Below are positions 1-10,260 of a DNA stretch of 64,000 nt, in pieces. The stretch comes from an uncultured archaeon (GTDB lineage: Archaea > Aenigmatarchaeota > Aenigmatarchaeia > QMZP01 > JACQNV01): the NCBI GenBank assembly GCA_964410585.1, contig CAYPFW010000002.1, positions 177,077 to 241,076 of the forward strand, in the 5' to 3' direction. Made by a program: the position numbers and the translations under genes. Within the stretch, counting starts at the first letter, position 1. The number at the start of each line of letters is the position of its first letter. The notes under the pieces are model-generated. The model ran no database searches. It worked only from the letters and a program-made list of their open reading frames with translations, and was not told the origin of the DNA.

Positions 1-2
1 CA

Positions 3-122
3 GTTGATGTTGGTGGCGGAATTAATGCAAGTGGTACAGTAAATATAGAAAAGAAAGAAGAGCCAACTCACCAACCAGATCCAAGATGGAGTGAATACAT
101 CAAAAAATTGATACCTTGGTAA
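3..122 (+). CDS. 3' end of a hypothetical protein (truncated by window start)
   Basis: Open frame VDVGGGINASG...KKLIPW* ending at TAA 120-122, just before the ATG at 126. Confidence 0.6.
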   Translation, partial: VDVGGGINASGTVNIEKKEEPTHQPDPRWSEYIKKLIPW

Positions 123-125
123 ATT

Positions 126-728
126 ATGGGAGATTGTCTACGCGGTGTCTACAAAGAGCTCGAAGCAAAATATCGAGAGCGAGCTGAAAAATTAGATAAA
201 ATTGATACAATGTTGACACGAAGAGAAAAAGAAACAAGACAACTGCGCCAACTTAGACAAGGAATAAATGATTCACAAGAAGCAAGCAACCAGAGATTGG
301 AACAAGCTTACACAGAAGCTGTGCCAAAAGAAGTGAGAAATAAGGTGGACACTGAGTTAGAGGAAGTATACAGAGCTGCTGAACAAGCCCAATCACCTGT
401 TAATAATATTCAACCAGTTAGAGAACCTGTATACAACAAACCAATTGAATCGGCTGCTGTTCCAACAGACCCGATAAATCCGATTATAGTTGAAGCACCT
501 GAAGAAATGGTTTCAGAAAACACAGTGAGTGTTGAAACACCTCACATTGTGCCGTTTACAGAAATACCAATTAGACAAGAAACACAATACATAGCAGAAG
601 TTTCTGTTCCGCAACAAACAACAGATCAGCAAGTTGAGGACAGAGGAATACTAGGAGTCGGAGCAGCGCTCGTTGTTGCCTTCGGTACCGTGTATGGCGT
701 ACATAGGATAGTTAAAAAATTTAGATAG
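126..728 (+). CDS. Hypothetical protein, N-terminal coiled coil, C-terminal membrane anchor
   Basis: 200-aa ORF; C-terminal hydrophobic GILGVGAALVVAFGTVYGV followed by basic tail. Confidence 0.7.
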   Translation: MGDCLRGVYKELEAKYRERAEKLDKIDTMLTRREKETRQLRQLRQGINDSQEASNQRLEQAYTEAVPKEVRNKVDTELEEVYRAAEQAQSPVNNIQPVREPVYNKPIESAAVPTDPINPIIVEAPEEMVSENTVSVETPHIVPFTEIPIRQETQYIAEVSVPQQTTDQQVEDRGILGVGAALVVAFGTVYGVHRIVKKFR

Positions 729-737
729 GAGTGAAAT

Positions 738-1628
738 ATGAAAAGATATCAAATTGGCGGAGAAATAGTTTTAGGAATTGCGTTAGCAGCTGCATCTCAA
801 GGATGCGCAAGTGTGCAATCGCCTACTGATCAAAGCAGATATGAAACAGGATCACCTCAAGCTCCTTCTCCAACAGAAAGAACACCTGTGAGTCCAGAAA
901 GAATGAGAGAATATAATGATAAATTGACACAGCTTTTAGATACTCATGTTGTAGGATCAGGTGGTTATAGGTCAGCTTTGTCTGCTTTGAGAACAGAATA
1001 TGCAGATGTTGCTGCAGAATATGATGCTAGAAGAAATAAACCACGTGAGCAAAGATCTACTCCTCAATCTTCAACAAGAATTAGAGATCCAATTTTAGAT
1101 GCAGTTGTTCCAACTAGAGCAGTTGAACCACCATTACCAAGACCAACAGTTCCAGAAAAATCAGAAGCAGTAGGCTTATTTAGACACTACGGTGGAGAGC
1201 TAAGACATTTCCTTGTTGAGCCACCTAAATCAGATCAATATGGTTGGGCTAAAAGGTATGTTTTAAACCTACCAAATGGTGCACTTTGGTTAATTGATCA
1301 TACAGTTGGTCAGCTAGATAGACTAAGAGATGGAACACCGTCTGGATTATCAGGAGCTTATGAAAAACATGTCCCGACAAGCGTACAAACAGCTTTAGGA
1401 GCTGAAGCTTGGAGAGAAGCATTCAGAGTTGCAGTAGACAAAAATTGGATCAGTGAGGGCGATGCAATTCCGCAATTTTTCAATTTAAGTGATCACGAAC
1501 CTGGTACAAGACCAGTTCCACCAAGCCCAACATCAAGTCCGCCTTCAGGTTTGGAAAACCCAACAAATACAGGTAGTGGAAATGCTGGATCAGATGGACT
1601 TGGATTAGGTGGCGGTGAAATAAAATAA
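738..1628 (+). CDS. Hypothetical lipoprotein-like protein, Pro/Ser-rich
   Basis: GGAGTGA RBS; N-terminal hydrophobic stretch ending in SQGC (lipobox-like). Confidence 0.65.
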   Translation: MKRYQIGGEIVLGIALAAASQGCASVQSPTDQSRYETGSPQAPSPTERTPVSPERMREYNDKLTQLLDTHVVGSGGYRSALSALRTEYADVAAEYDARRNKPREQRSTPQSSTRIRDPILDAVVPTRAVEPPLPRPTVPEKSEAVGLFRHYGGELRHFLVEPPKSDQYGWAKRYVLNLPNGALWLIDHTVGQLDRLRDGTPSGLSGAYEKHVPTSVQTALGAEAWREAFRVAVDKNWISEGDAIPQFFNLSDHEPGTRPVPPSPTSSPPSGLENPTNTGSGNAGSDGLGLGGGEIK

Positions 1629-1679
1629 TATTTAGAGATATTTTGTAACCGTTTTCTTTTTGGTTGCAATATTTAAAAT

Positions 1680-3896
1680 ATGCAAAATAGAGTAATAGCA
1701 CCGATCTCAGGATTTTTGGTTTTTTTAGTTTTGACAGGTTTAGTTTTAGGTTATCCTCTTCAATTAAATTTGCAGTCTAATTTGCCTGCAGGTGAAACAT
1801 TCACAACATTTGTAGCAACATGTACAGATACTGTATGCTCATCTTTTGTTAGTGGATCAGAAAGAACAATACCTTCTCTAGGTAATTTGAATGTTTACAC
1901 AATAACAGGTCCTGGAACAGTAGCATGGACAGAACTAGACTACAAAAACGAGTCTTACTTACCTCACATTTACAGGTTTCAAATACAAGAAGCTGACTCA
2001 AGTAAATCAGTTGCAGTTTCAAGAAATTTCCAGAAAAAATCAGTTTGTGAGGCTCAAATCAATAAGCTCGAGCTTTCGGCAGCATCAATTGGAGAAAACA
2101 ACAGAGTCGTAGTTAACACAAGCATACAATCTGCAATGAGTTTCCCAAGAGATAGCCAGGGAAGAACATTTGATTTCTCAATGGTACCTATTCCAGCTAA
2201 TTTAAAAGATATCTATTCAACAAAAACAAATGTCACACTTACAGTCAAGGATTCAAATGGACAAACAGTAAAAACAGAAACAAAGCAAGTCAATCCTTGG
2301 GTAAATAAATCAGATAACCTATCATTTGAATTCACACCTATTGTACAAGGCAACCACACAATTGAAATATCAACAGATGTTGTTGATCCTGTTTGTGAAT
2401 CTGCAAATAGAAAAGCAACACAAGTCAACCTTACAGTTACAGACTCTGGTCCTGTAGCAAATGCAGGGGAAGATAAAATAGTTACTGTAGGTAATGTTGT
2501 TCAATTTGATGGTTCTGCAACAGTGACATCAGACAACGCACTTTTCTATCTTTGGGATTTTGGAAATGGAAACAAAGATGAAGGTCTAAAAGTAAATTAT
2601 ACATACCAAAATCCAGGTACATACACAGTCACATTGAGGGTAAGAGATATTGATGGACAGGAATCAACAGACACAATGATAGTTAAAGTTAATCCAATAA
2701 ACAATTTCCCAGTGGCTGATTTCTCAGCTAGTGTAACATCAATACCAGAAGGCCAAACAGTACAATTTACAGACGCTTCTAGATCTTTAGATGGTTTCAA
2801 GTCAAGATTATGGTATTTTGGTGATGGTACAAATTCAACAGAGATAAACCCTCCTCATATTTTCAATCAACAAGGAACATATGAAGTCAAATTAAAAATA
2901 ACAGACAATGACAATGATCCAGCTGAAAAAACACTTCAAATAATAGTTACTGACACAAAGCCTAACCCATCTTTCACTTCACCAATATCAGTTGCGAAGG
3001 GTCAGGTAGTTACATTTACAGATACATCAACAGCACATGATGGAATAAAATCAAGATCATGGAACTTTGGAGATGGGACATCTGAAACAACTGATAAGGT
3101 TCAGTTCAATCACACTTATCAACAGGCTGGTGTATTTTTAGTAACATTAAAAGTAAAAGATAATGATGATGACCAAGAAACAGGACCTGTTACAAGCCAG
3201 ATAACAGTTACAGATCCTCAACCTCCAGTACCTACAACAAGAGAAATATCAGTTTCACCAATAACATATGACAAATCATCTTCAACTGTTTATTTGTTTG
3301 ATCAGGTAACAGTGAAGGCTAATGTTTCAAACAATGGATCAGCAACAGAGAGTGTCACACTAAAATTAAAAGAAGGCCTATTAGATGTTTCAACTCAAAC
3401 AATCAGCCTGAACTCAGGCGAAACAAAAGAAGTTTCATTTGCCTGGACACCTTCAACAACAGGCTCTAGAACTCTGACAATTGAATCAGTTGGTTTGCAA
3501 GGCGAAGCAAACACAGTAAACAATGTGCAAACACAAAACATAAAGGTTGTTTCTGTTAGAGAAAATTTGGAATTAACATTTGCAGACCCATCTAGATTCC
3601 CTTCACCTACTCATACAAAGAATTCAGACTTTTACATTTGGGTGAACATCAAAAACAAAGGTCTTGAAGACTTGAAAGATGTTAAGCTTGTCTTAGATGT
3701 TCCTTTAACAGTTGTTGATTCAAAAGATCATGTACTTTCAAATCAAAAAACTTTCGCTTTGATACCTTCAGGAAAGCCAGAAACATATCTGTGGAAAGTT
3801 TCAGCAGGTTCTATACCAAGTTCAGTTGTACCTAAAGTTTACATAGGCAGCGGAACAGACAAAGTAGAAATAACAAGAACTGTTGGCATACAATAA
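1680..3896 (+). CDS. Secreted PKD-repeat/CARDB surface protein
   Basis: Signal peptide; three PKD-type motifs (WDFGNG, WYFGDG, WNFGDG with HTY..G.Y.VTL.V.D); CARDB-like segment (V.NNGSATE...L..GETKEVSFAWTP). Confidence 0.85.
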   Translation: MQNRVIAPISGFLVFLVLTGLVLGYPLQLNLQSNLPAGETFTTFVATCTDTVCSSFVSGSERTIPSLGNLNVYTITGPGTVAWTELDYKNESYLPHIYRFQIQEADSSKSVAVSRNFQKKSVCEAQINKLELSAASIGENNRVVVNTSIQSAMSFPRDSQGRTFDFSMVPIPANLKDIYSTKTNVTLTVKDSNGQTVKTETKQVNPWVNKSDNLSFEFTPIVQGNHTIEISTDVVDPVCESANRKATQVNLTVTDSGPVANAGEDKIVTVGNVVQFDGSATVTSDNALFYLWDFGNGNKDEGLKVNYTYQNPGTYTVTLRVRDIDGQESTDTMIVKVNPINNFPVADFSASVTSIPEGQTVQFTDASRSLDGFKSRLWYFGDGTNSTEINPPHIFNQQGTYEVKLKITDNDNDPAEKTLQIIVTDTKPNPSFTSPISVAKGQVVTFTDTSTAHDGIKSRSWNFGDGTSETTDKVQFNHTYQQAGVFLVTLKVKDNDDDQETGPVTSQITVTDPQPPVPTTREISVSPITYDKSSSTVYLFDQVTVKANVSNNGSATESVTLKLKEGLLDVSTQTISLNSGETKEVSFAWTPSTTGSRTLTIESVGLQGEANTVNNVQTQNIKVVSVRENLELTFADPSRFPSPTHTKNSDFYIWVNIKNKGLEDLKDVKLVLDVPLTVVDSKDHVLSNQKTFALIPSGKPETYLWKVSAGSIPSSVVPKVYIGSGTDKVEITRTVGIQ

Positions 3897-3963
3897 TTTT
3901 ATTAATCTTTCATCAAATAAATTAAAATACATCAAAATAGTTGAACACTGAAAAGTAATAAAT

Positions 3964-5658
3964 ATGTCAAAGAAATTGATAATCAGCTTGATGCTAGCAT
4001 TTGTCCTAAGTTTTGTTAGTGTTAATGCTCTTCCATGCGCTGATGTTAATTTTAGTTATTCTCCAGAACAATTATCTGTTGGACAGAATTTTTATTTCAA
4101 CATAAAATCAACAAACATAGCCTCTCCAGAAGATCCTTGGGGCGATTACAGGCAAGCAAACCTTACTTTGCCTTCTCAAATAACAACAACAGACAGCCTT
4201 ATGGTCGATGTTTCAAACACACCATTTGAGGATATCCATGATTGGTCTGCTAAAGTTGTTCAAGAAGGCTCTTTCACAGCTACTGTGAAAATGTCAAACT
4301 CAACAGGAACATGTGAATTATCAAAATCAATAAATGTTGTAGCAAGTACAAATGCTCAGGGATTGAATTTTATTGCAAATCAACCTCAAACAATAAGTTC
4401 TCAATCAGCACTTGTAAACGTGACAATAACAGCATCAGAAAGTGTTTCAAATCAAGAGATCACAATAATAAAATTCTCTTCTGTTACAAATGGAACTTTG
4501 TCTGGGAAAAAACCAGCAGGAAGATATGTTGAAGTTGTTGTGCAACCAGATCTTGCTGTTAGAATAGCAAACGCAAGTTTGAAGGTTTCTTATTTACAAT
4601 CTGAAATAGATTCAAACAACATAAATGAGGGCACACTAAGGCTTTACAAATACAACACAGCGACAAATGTGTGGGATCTTTTGACATCTACTGTTGATAC
4701 TTCAAACAATTTTGTAGAAGCAACAGGTTTAACAGGCTTCTCCTTATTTGGTTTATTTGGAGATGAAAACGCAGCTCCTGCTTCAGGTGGTGGATCATCT
4801 GGTGGCGGAGGAGGAGGCGGTGGTGGGGGAGGTTCAGTAACAAGAACATGCACTCAATCAGATTTCACATGTACAGATTATTCTCCGTGTCAATCCTCAG
4901 GATCACAAACAAGAACATGTACTAAGAGAGCTGGCATCACATGTACAGGTGGTGTTCCTTCAACAACTCAATCGTGTACATTTGTAGCTCCGAAGCCAGT
5001 ATGTACACCAAACTGGGAGTGTACAGCATTTTCAGCATGTTCATCAGGATCACAAACAAGAACATGTACAGATAGAAACAATTGTGGGACAACACAAAAC
5101 AAGCCAATAGAATCACAAACATGTACAGTTCCTATTTCAGAAATTATAAAACCAAATGTTAGTGGTCTAACTGGTTTCCTAGTTTCACAACCTATCCTAC
5201 AATACAAAGCGTCAGCAGGTGCATCTACTGTTTTTGTTTTGGACGATGTTAATCACACACTAACTGTTAAACAGGTCAAATCAGATTCAGTTATTTTGGT
5301 GATACAGTCAGATCCTGTTGAAATTGAAGTCAAAGCTGGAGAATCAAAATCAGTTAATATAGACGCTGATCCTGAAAATGATATAACTGTCAGAATAAAT
5401 TCAATTGAAAATGGTGTTGTCTTATTGACTGTTGAAAAAACCAGAGAAGTATCTGCGGGCTCAGCAGCTGTAGCAGTAGTTCTTTTGATTATAGTAATAG
5501 TACTTGGTTTCATGGTTTACAAAAAGCGTTCAAAAGGAGAGCCAGAAGAAGCAGACGAGCCAGTAGAATTTGAACAACCAAAACCACCAAGGCCAAGACC
5601 CAAAGCAAGAAAAAGAATTGAGAAGCAATTTTCAGATCCAATTGATTTTGTACAGTAA
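3964..5658 (+). CDS. Membrane-anchored surface protein (PGF-pre-PGF-like domain, Gly linker, two Cys-rich TSP1-like repeats)
   Basis: Signal peptide; LRLYKYN...W...GFSLFGL motif; poly-Gly; repeated C...C..S.C....QTRTC; C-terminal TM helix. Confidence 0.8.
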   Translation: MSKKLIISLMLAFVLSFVSVNALPCADVNFSYSPEQLSVGQNFYFNIKSTNIASPEDPWGDYRQANLTLPSQITTTDSLMVDVSNTPFEDIHDWSAKVVQEGSFTATVKMSNSTGTCELSKSINVVASTNAQGLNFIANQPQTISSQSALVNVTITASESVSNQEITIIKFSSVTNGTLSGKKPAGRYVEVVVQPDLAVRIANASLKVSYLQSEIDSNNINEGTLRLYKYNTATNVWDLLTSTVDTSNNFVEATGLTGFSLFGLFGDENAAPASGGGSSGGGGGGGGGGGSVTRTCTQSDFTCTDYSPCQSSGSQTRTCTKRAGITCTGGVPSTTQSCTFVAPKPVCTPNWECTAFSACSSGSQTRTCTDRNNCGTTQNKPIESQTCTVPISEIIKPNVSGLTGFLVSQPILQYKASAGASTVFVLDDVNHTLTVKQVKSDSVILVIQSDPVEIEVKAGESKSVNIDADPENDITVRINSIENGVVLLTVEKTREVSAGSAAVAVVLLIIVIVLGFMVYKKRSKGEPEEADEPVEFEQPKPPRPRPKARKRIEKQFSDPIDFVQ

Positions 5659-5736
5659 TTTCTGTGGGCTAATTAAATCAGGAAACACAAAAGATAAGAA
5701 AGATTGTATGATCTAGCAGATGTGAAATAAATTGAT

Positions 5737-6813
5737 ATGGCAAAACCTAAGGTATTATTGATTAGAACCGGTGGTACTATTGGGCAAAAACCCAATGCTC
5801 AAGGAATTCTGGAACCATCTCCTGATGACTATATTCATAGAGTCGAGGGCCTTGGAGATTTAGCTGATATTGATATTCAAGATTTAGGAAACATTGATAG
5901 TACAAACATGGAGACTAATCTTAGGTTTACTGATCCTACTAAAACAGAGAATGTAAAAGACCGTGCAGATATAGCACGGATGATTTATAATAATGCCTTC
6001 AAGTATGATGGTTTTGTTGTTGCTCATGGAACTGATACAATGGCAGAAACTGCAGCTGCTTTAACTTACATGCTTTCTGGTTTAAGGAAACCCGTGGTTT
6101 TGACTGGTTCTCAAAGGTCAATTTGGGTTCCACGAAGTGATGCGCAGAACAATCTTTATACAGCAATTCAGACAGCGACAAAGGATTTAGGCGAAGTTGT
6201 AATTGCATTTGGAAATTATGTGGTTAGGGGAACCCGTGCAAAGAAAGTTGATGAGGAGGGTTATGATGCTTTCTCAACGCCTGGCACAGAGCCATTGGGA
6301 AAAACAACTGCTTTGAGCGAAGGAATAAGATTAGCAAACCACAGGATTAGGAGAGGAGATTTTGATCCGCGAATCTTCACAGATTTTGATACAAGAATAT
6401 TTCACTATACACATATATCTGGTGCAGCAGTTGAAGATGTTTTAATGGATATTGCTGAACACGAGGATGTTCATGGAATTTTAATGGGTGGATTTGGTCC
6501 TGGAAATGTTCCAGATAAATTATTACCATTTATTAGATCTTCTAGACAGCGAGGAAAACCAGTCTTTGTTTACACAAAGTGTGATACTGGAGCAGCAGAT
6601 ATGGGAATCTATTCAGTTGGTGTTTCACCATTAGAAGCAGGAGCAAAACCAGCAGGAGATATGACTATTGAAGCATTAGGCCAGAAAGTAATGTATGCTA
6701 TTGGTAGAGCCAGCAGTGAGGGATTACAAGGAATAGAAAAAATAAACTTTGTTGACTCTATTATTAGAACGCCATATAATGGAGACATTACTGTAACTAC
6801 AATAAGAAAATAA
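5737..6813 (+). CDS. ansA: Type I L-asparaginase family protein
   Basis: TGGTI, IDSTNM, HGTDT and LTGSQ motifs; no GatD-type N-terminal domain. Confidence 0.8.
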   Translation: MAKPKVLLIRTGGTIGQKPNAQGILEPSPDDYIHRVEGLGDLADIDIQDLGNIDSTNMETNLRFTDPTKTENVKDRADIARMIYNNAFKYDGFVVAHGTDTMAETAAALTYMLSGLRKPVVLTGSQRSIWVPRSDAQNNLYTAIQTATKDLGEVVIAFGNYVVRGTRAKKVDEEGYDAFSTPGTEPLGKTTALSEGIRLANHRIRRGDFDPRIFTDFDTRIFHYTHISGAAVEDVLMDIAEHEDVHGILMGGFGPGNVPDKLLPFIRSSRQRGKPVFVYTKCDTGAADMGIYSVGVSPLEAGAKPAGDMTIEALGQKVMYAIGRASSEGLQGIEKINFVDSIIRTPYNGDITVTTIRK

Positions 6814-6842
6814 GAGCATTGATTCTGGTCCTTATTTCTGTT

Positions 6843-6897
6843 CTAAGACTTATTCAAAAGAAAAAGTCTAGGATTCATCCAAAAGAAAATAATATAC
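6843..6897 (+). repeat. Family A dispersed hairpin repeat (degenerate copy)
   Basis: CTAAGACTT...AAAAGAAAAAGTCTAG...ATCCAAAAGAAAATAATATAC matches the family A layout. Confidence 0.65.
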
Positions 6898-6938
6898 AAA
6901 CCAATATAAACAACTAAACCAATTATTAATCGAGAGTT

Positions 6939-7205
6939 ATGGGACAGAAGATACAAGGTTATACAAGAGGATGGGGCCACACAAAGAGAAGAGGTCATGA
7001 GACAAATGTAAACTGTGGTTTCTGCGGGAAAATTGTTCCTAAGTATAGGACATTCGCAGTGTTCAAGGGCTTTGGAATAAACGATCCCTCTTTAAGAAAA
7101 GAGCTGGGCTCAGCAGCAAACCTATACACAGAGAGCAAGATGTATGCATGCCCTTCATGCGCAAGACATAGAAGCATTATTAAAAAAAATAGGAATAGGG
7201 GTTGA
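6939..7205 (+). CDS. rps26e: Ribosomal protein S26e-like zinc-binding protein
   Basis: 88 aa, basic; RGH...CGFCG..VP, DPSL..EL, YACPSCA.H..II pattern matches eS26 as I recall it. Confidence 0.7.
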   Translation: MGQKIQGYTRGWGHTKRRGHETNVNCGFCGKIVPKYRTFAVFKGFGINDPSLRKELGSAANLYTESKMYACPSCARHRSIIKKNRNRG

Positions 7206-7707
7206 TCTTAGGAATCCAATAATAGTTGGCATTGATCCAGGAACGACAACTGCTGCCGTTATCCTAGACCTGTCTGGCAATATTCTTTCTATTCAAAGCG
7301 GCAAAAATTTGAAAAGATCTGATGTCATCAATCTTATTCTAGAAAAAGGCGATCCAATAATAATCGCAAGCGATGTTTACCCTGTTCCCAAGTCAATAGA
7401 AAAGTTGGCTGCTTCTTTTAATTGCAAACTAATTCATCCAGAAGAAAACTATTCGAGAAGGGACAAATGGTCTTTTATGCGGTCTAATTTCGAAGAAACA
7501 TATCGACACAAAAAACTCTACAAAAATCGGCATGAGCGAGATGCCTTGCTTGCAGCGATTTTTGGTTGGAATGCGATAAAGGCTTTGGTAAACAAGATAG
7601 AAACACGATTGGAAGGCGAGGAAATTTTTGAATACAGAGACCAAATAAAATCAAAGGTGATTTTGGAAGGAAGGAGTATAAGTTCTGCGATGAAAGAATA
7701 TTGTTAA
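7144..7707 (+). CDS. DUF460-family RNase H-like fold protein (true start uncertain, probably near 7200)
   Basis: IIVGIDPGTTTAAVILDLSG, IIASDV.P.P..IEKLA, N.HERDAL.AA motifs. Confidence 0.75.
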   Translation: MHALHAQDIEALLKKIGIGVDLRNPIIVGIDPGTTTAAVILDLSGNILSIQSGKNLKRSDVINLILEKGDPIIIASDVYPVPKSIEKLAASFNCKLIHPEENYSRRDKWSFMRSNFEETYRHKKLYKNRHERDALLAAIFGWNAIKALVNKIETRLEGEEIFEYRDQIKSKVILEGRSISSAMKEYC

Positions 7708-7736
7708 ACTTAATAATCTCTTCTACAATCTATTCT

Positions 7737-9179
7737 ATGAATTACAGTGAAACCGGCTTCAAATCAGGTGTTGAAATACATCAGCAACTCGACACAGAAA
7801 AAAAGCTTTTTTGTAGCTGCAAGTCCCAACTGACAAAAATCAAGTCATCAGGATCAATATCAAGAAAGTTGAGAGCTGTTGCAGGCGAAACAGGCGACAT
7901 TGATGTAGCTGCATTGCACGAATCTGTAAAAGAAAAATCTTTTGAGTACAATATTTATCCAGATGAGTCATGTTTAATTGAATTGGACGAAGAACCGCCG
8001 CATCCAGTGAACCAAGAGGCTCTGAAAATAGCTTTGCAGGTTGCTGTTTTGCTGAACTGCGAAATACCAGACGAAATCCATGTGATGAGGAAAACAGTTG
8101 TAGATGGTTCCAATACCTCAGGTTTCCAGAGAACAGCAATTGTAGGAGTGAATGGTTGGATAGATACATCAAAAGGAAAAGTTGGAATCACAAATGTTTC
8201 TTTGGAAGAAGACTCTTCGCAAATTTTAGAAAGGACGGAAACAAAAGTTGTTTATGGTTTAGATAGGCTAGGCATACCTCTAGTTGAAATAGGAACAGCA
8301 CCAGATTCAAAAGACCCAGAGCACACAAGGGAAATTGCAGAAAAGATAGGTCTTATTCTGCGTTCAACAGGAAAGGTCAAAAAAGGTTTAGGGACAATCA
8401 GACAAGATGTTAATGTTTCAATAAAAGGCGGAGCCCGCGCAGAGCTCAAGGGTTTCCAAGAGCTTTCTACAATCCCTTTGGTAATTGAAAATGAAATCAA
8501 AAGACAGCAGGATCTTTTGAAGAAAGGGAAAAAACCAGAAAAAGAAGTCAGGAAAGTTGAGCCAGACAACTCAACATCATTTTTGCGTCCAATGCCAGGA
8601 GCAGCGCGTCTATATCCTGAGACAGATTTGCCTCCAATACCAGTTGACCAAAGGCTGTTGGAGGAAATAAAAGCAAACCCTCCAGAATTTTGGGAAGAAA
8701 AACTGAAAAGGCTTTCAAAATTCTACAACTTGAATGAACAGCTTGCTGAAAATCTTTTGAAATCTGGAAAAGCTGACCTTTTTGAAACAGTTGTCAAGCT
8801 TGGTTTTGAAATAAACTTGGTGTACAGAACTTTGACAGCTACTGTAAAAGAAGTAGAAAGGGAAGTTTCAAACTCGAAACTAAATGACAACTTAGTTTTA
8901 GAAATTTTCAAAAACTCGCCTAAAAACATATCAAAGGAGGCGCTTTCTGAGGCCTTGAAAGCAGGAGCCGCAAGCGGAAAAGTTGAAAAAATAGAATCAG
9001 GATTGTCTGAACAAGAGCTCAGAAAAATTGTAAAAGAAGTCATTTCAAAAAACAAAGATGCTCTCCAAAAACACAATCCTGTAGGCATTTTAATGGGCGA
9101 AGTAATGAAACAAGCAAGGGGAAAAGCAGACGGAAAGCTTGTTGCAAAAATCCTCGGTGAGGAGATAAAAAATGTCTAA
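7737..9179 (+). CDS. gatE: Glu-tRNA(Gln) amidotransferase subunit E (short form)
   Basis: G.EIHQQL, MRKTVVDGSNTSGFQRT, LDRLGIPLVEIGT, GLGTIRQDVNVSI, PGAARLYPETD, C-terminal Yqey-like MG.VM...RGKADG; ATG at 7737. Confidence 0.95.
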   Translation: MNYSETGFKSGVEIHQQLDTEKKLFCSCKSQLTKIKSSGSISRKLRAVAGETGDIDVAALHESVKEKSFEYNIYPDESCLIELDEEPPHPVNQEALKIALQVAVLLNCEIPDEIHVMRKTVVDGSNTSGFQRTAIVGVNGWIDTSKGKVGITNVSLEEDSSQILERTETKVVYGLDRLGIPLVEIGTAPDSKDPEHTREIAEKIGLILRSTGKVKKGLGTIRQDVNVSIKGGARAELKGFQELSTIPLVIENEIKRQQDLLKKGKKPEKEVRKVEPDNSTSFLRPMPGAARLYPETDLPPIPVDQRLLEEIKANPPEFWEEKLKRLSKFYNLNEQLAENLLKSGKADLFETVVKLGFEINLVYRTLTATVKEVEREVSNSKLNDNLVLEIFKNSPKNISKEALSEALKAGAASGKVEKIESGLSEQELRKIVKEVISKNKDALQKHNPVGILMGEVMKQARGKADGKLVAKILGEEIKNV

Positions 9180-10260
9180 CATACTTTACGAATTTGCAGA
9201 AAAAATCAACAAACTTGAAGCTTCTGGGAAAAAAATAATTAAACTAAATCTAGGCGAGCAGAGCCAGCCAACCCCAAAGATCATAATAAAAGCAGGAATA
9301 AAATCCCTGAAAGCAGGAGAGACTGGCTATGGTTCTGGTTTAGGGGAAAAATATCTCCGCGAAAAAATCGCAGAAATACAAGGAGTTTCTCCAGAAAATG
9401 TTGTAGTGACAACTGGATCCAAAATTTCAGTTTATTCCTTGATGAAAATACTTTTAGACAAAGGTGACAATGTTATTGTTCCTTCTCCATATTGGCCTGC
9501 ATATGAACTGATCGCGCAAAACATAGGCGCTGATATACGGTTTCTAAAAACAAATTTCGAAGAGTGTTGGGAGGTTGATCCTCAAAAATTAGAGCAAATG
9601 ATAGACCAAAGAACAAAGGCAATAATTCTTACAAACCCAAATAATCCAACATCGACAATGTTGAGTTCAAAAACTTTGAAAGAAATAGTTTCAATTGCAG
9701 AAAGAAAAAACATCTATATTTTATACGACAATGCATACATGGGATTGGCTTTCAAAAAACAGGAAAAAATAGAAAGCCCGAACCTGATAAAAATAGAAAC
9801 CTTTTCAAAAGGCTTTGCAATGACTGGTTGGAGAGTTGGGTATACAATTTGCAAAAAAGAGCTTGCAGAAAAAATGTTGAAGTTTAACCAAATAACAACT
9901 TCTTGTGTGCCTAAGTTTGTGCAAAGAGCAGCTTTCGCAGCCTTAGAAAATAGGGAAAAAATACAAAGGAAGATGACAAACATTTCAAAGAAAAGAGCCT
10001 CTTTCGCTTGCAAAATTCTTAAAAAATATAACTTTGATTTTGTGAAACCAGATGCTGGTTTTTATGTTTTTCCAAACATCAAAGTTAACAGCATTCGGCT
10101 TGCAGAAAATCTTCTAGAGAAAGGAATTGGCATTGTTCCAGGCTCTGCTTTTGGCGATTATCAGAACTTTGCGAGAATATCTTTGACAGAAGATCTTCCT
10201 GTATTAGAAAAAGTTTTCGAGGAAATAAATTCAAGTGTTAATTTTCTACAGACTGTTTGA
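9172..10260 (+). CDS. PLP-dependent aminotransferase class I/II
   Basis: NPNNPT, DNAY, FSKGFAMTGWRVG motifs. Confidence 0.92.
   Translation: MSNILYEFAEKINKLEASGKKIIKLNLGEQSQPTPKIIIKAGIKSLKAGETGYGSGLGEKYLREKIAEIQGVSPENVVVTTGSKISVYSLMKILLDKGDNVIVPSPYWPAYELIAQNIGADIRFLKTNFEECWEVDPQKLEQMIDQRTKAIILTNPNNPTSTMLSSKTLKEIVSIAERKNIYILYDNAYMGLAFKKQEKIESPNLIKIETFSKGFAMTGWRVGYTICKKELAEKMLKFNQITTSCVPKFVQRAAFAALENREKIQRKMTNISKKRASFACKILKKYNFDFVKPDAGFYVFPNIKVNSIRLAENLLEKGIGIVPGSAFGDYQNFARISLTEDLPVLEKVFEEINSSVNFLQTV

Noticed and set aside
4786-4833. GGT/GGA/GGC low-complexity tract
   Set aside because: Encodes an ordinary Gly/Ser linker with mixed codons; not a tandem-repeat locus.
5737-6813. Calling this gene gatD
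   Set aside because: It lacks the GatD N-terminal domain and the SSDRPSSD-type motif, so it is kept as an asparaginase.
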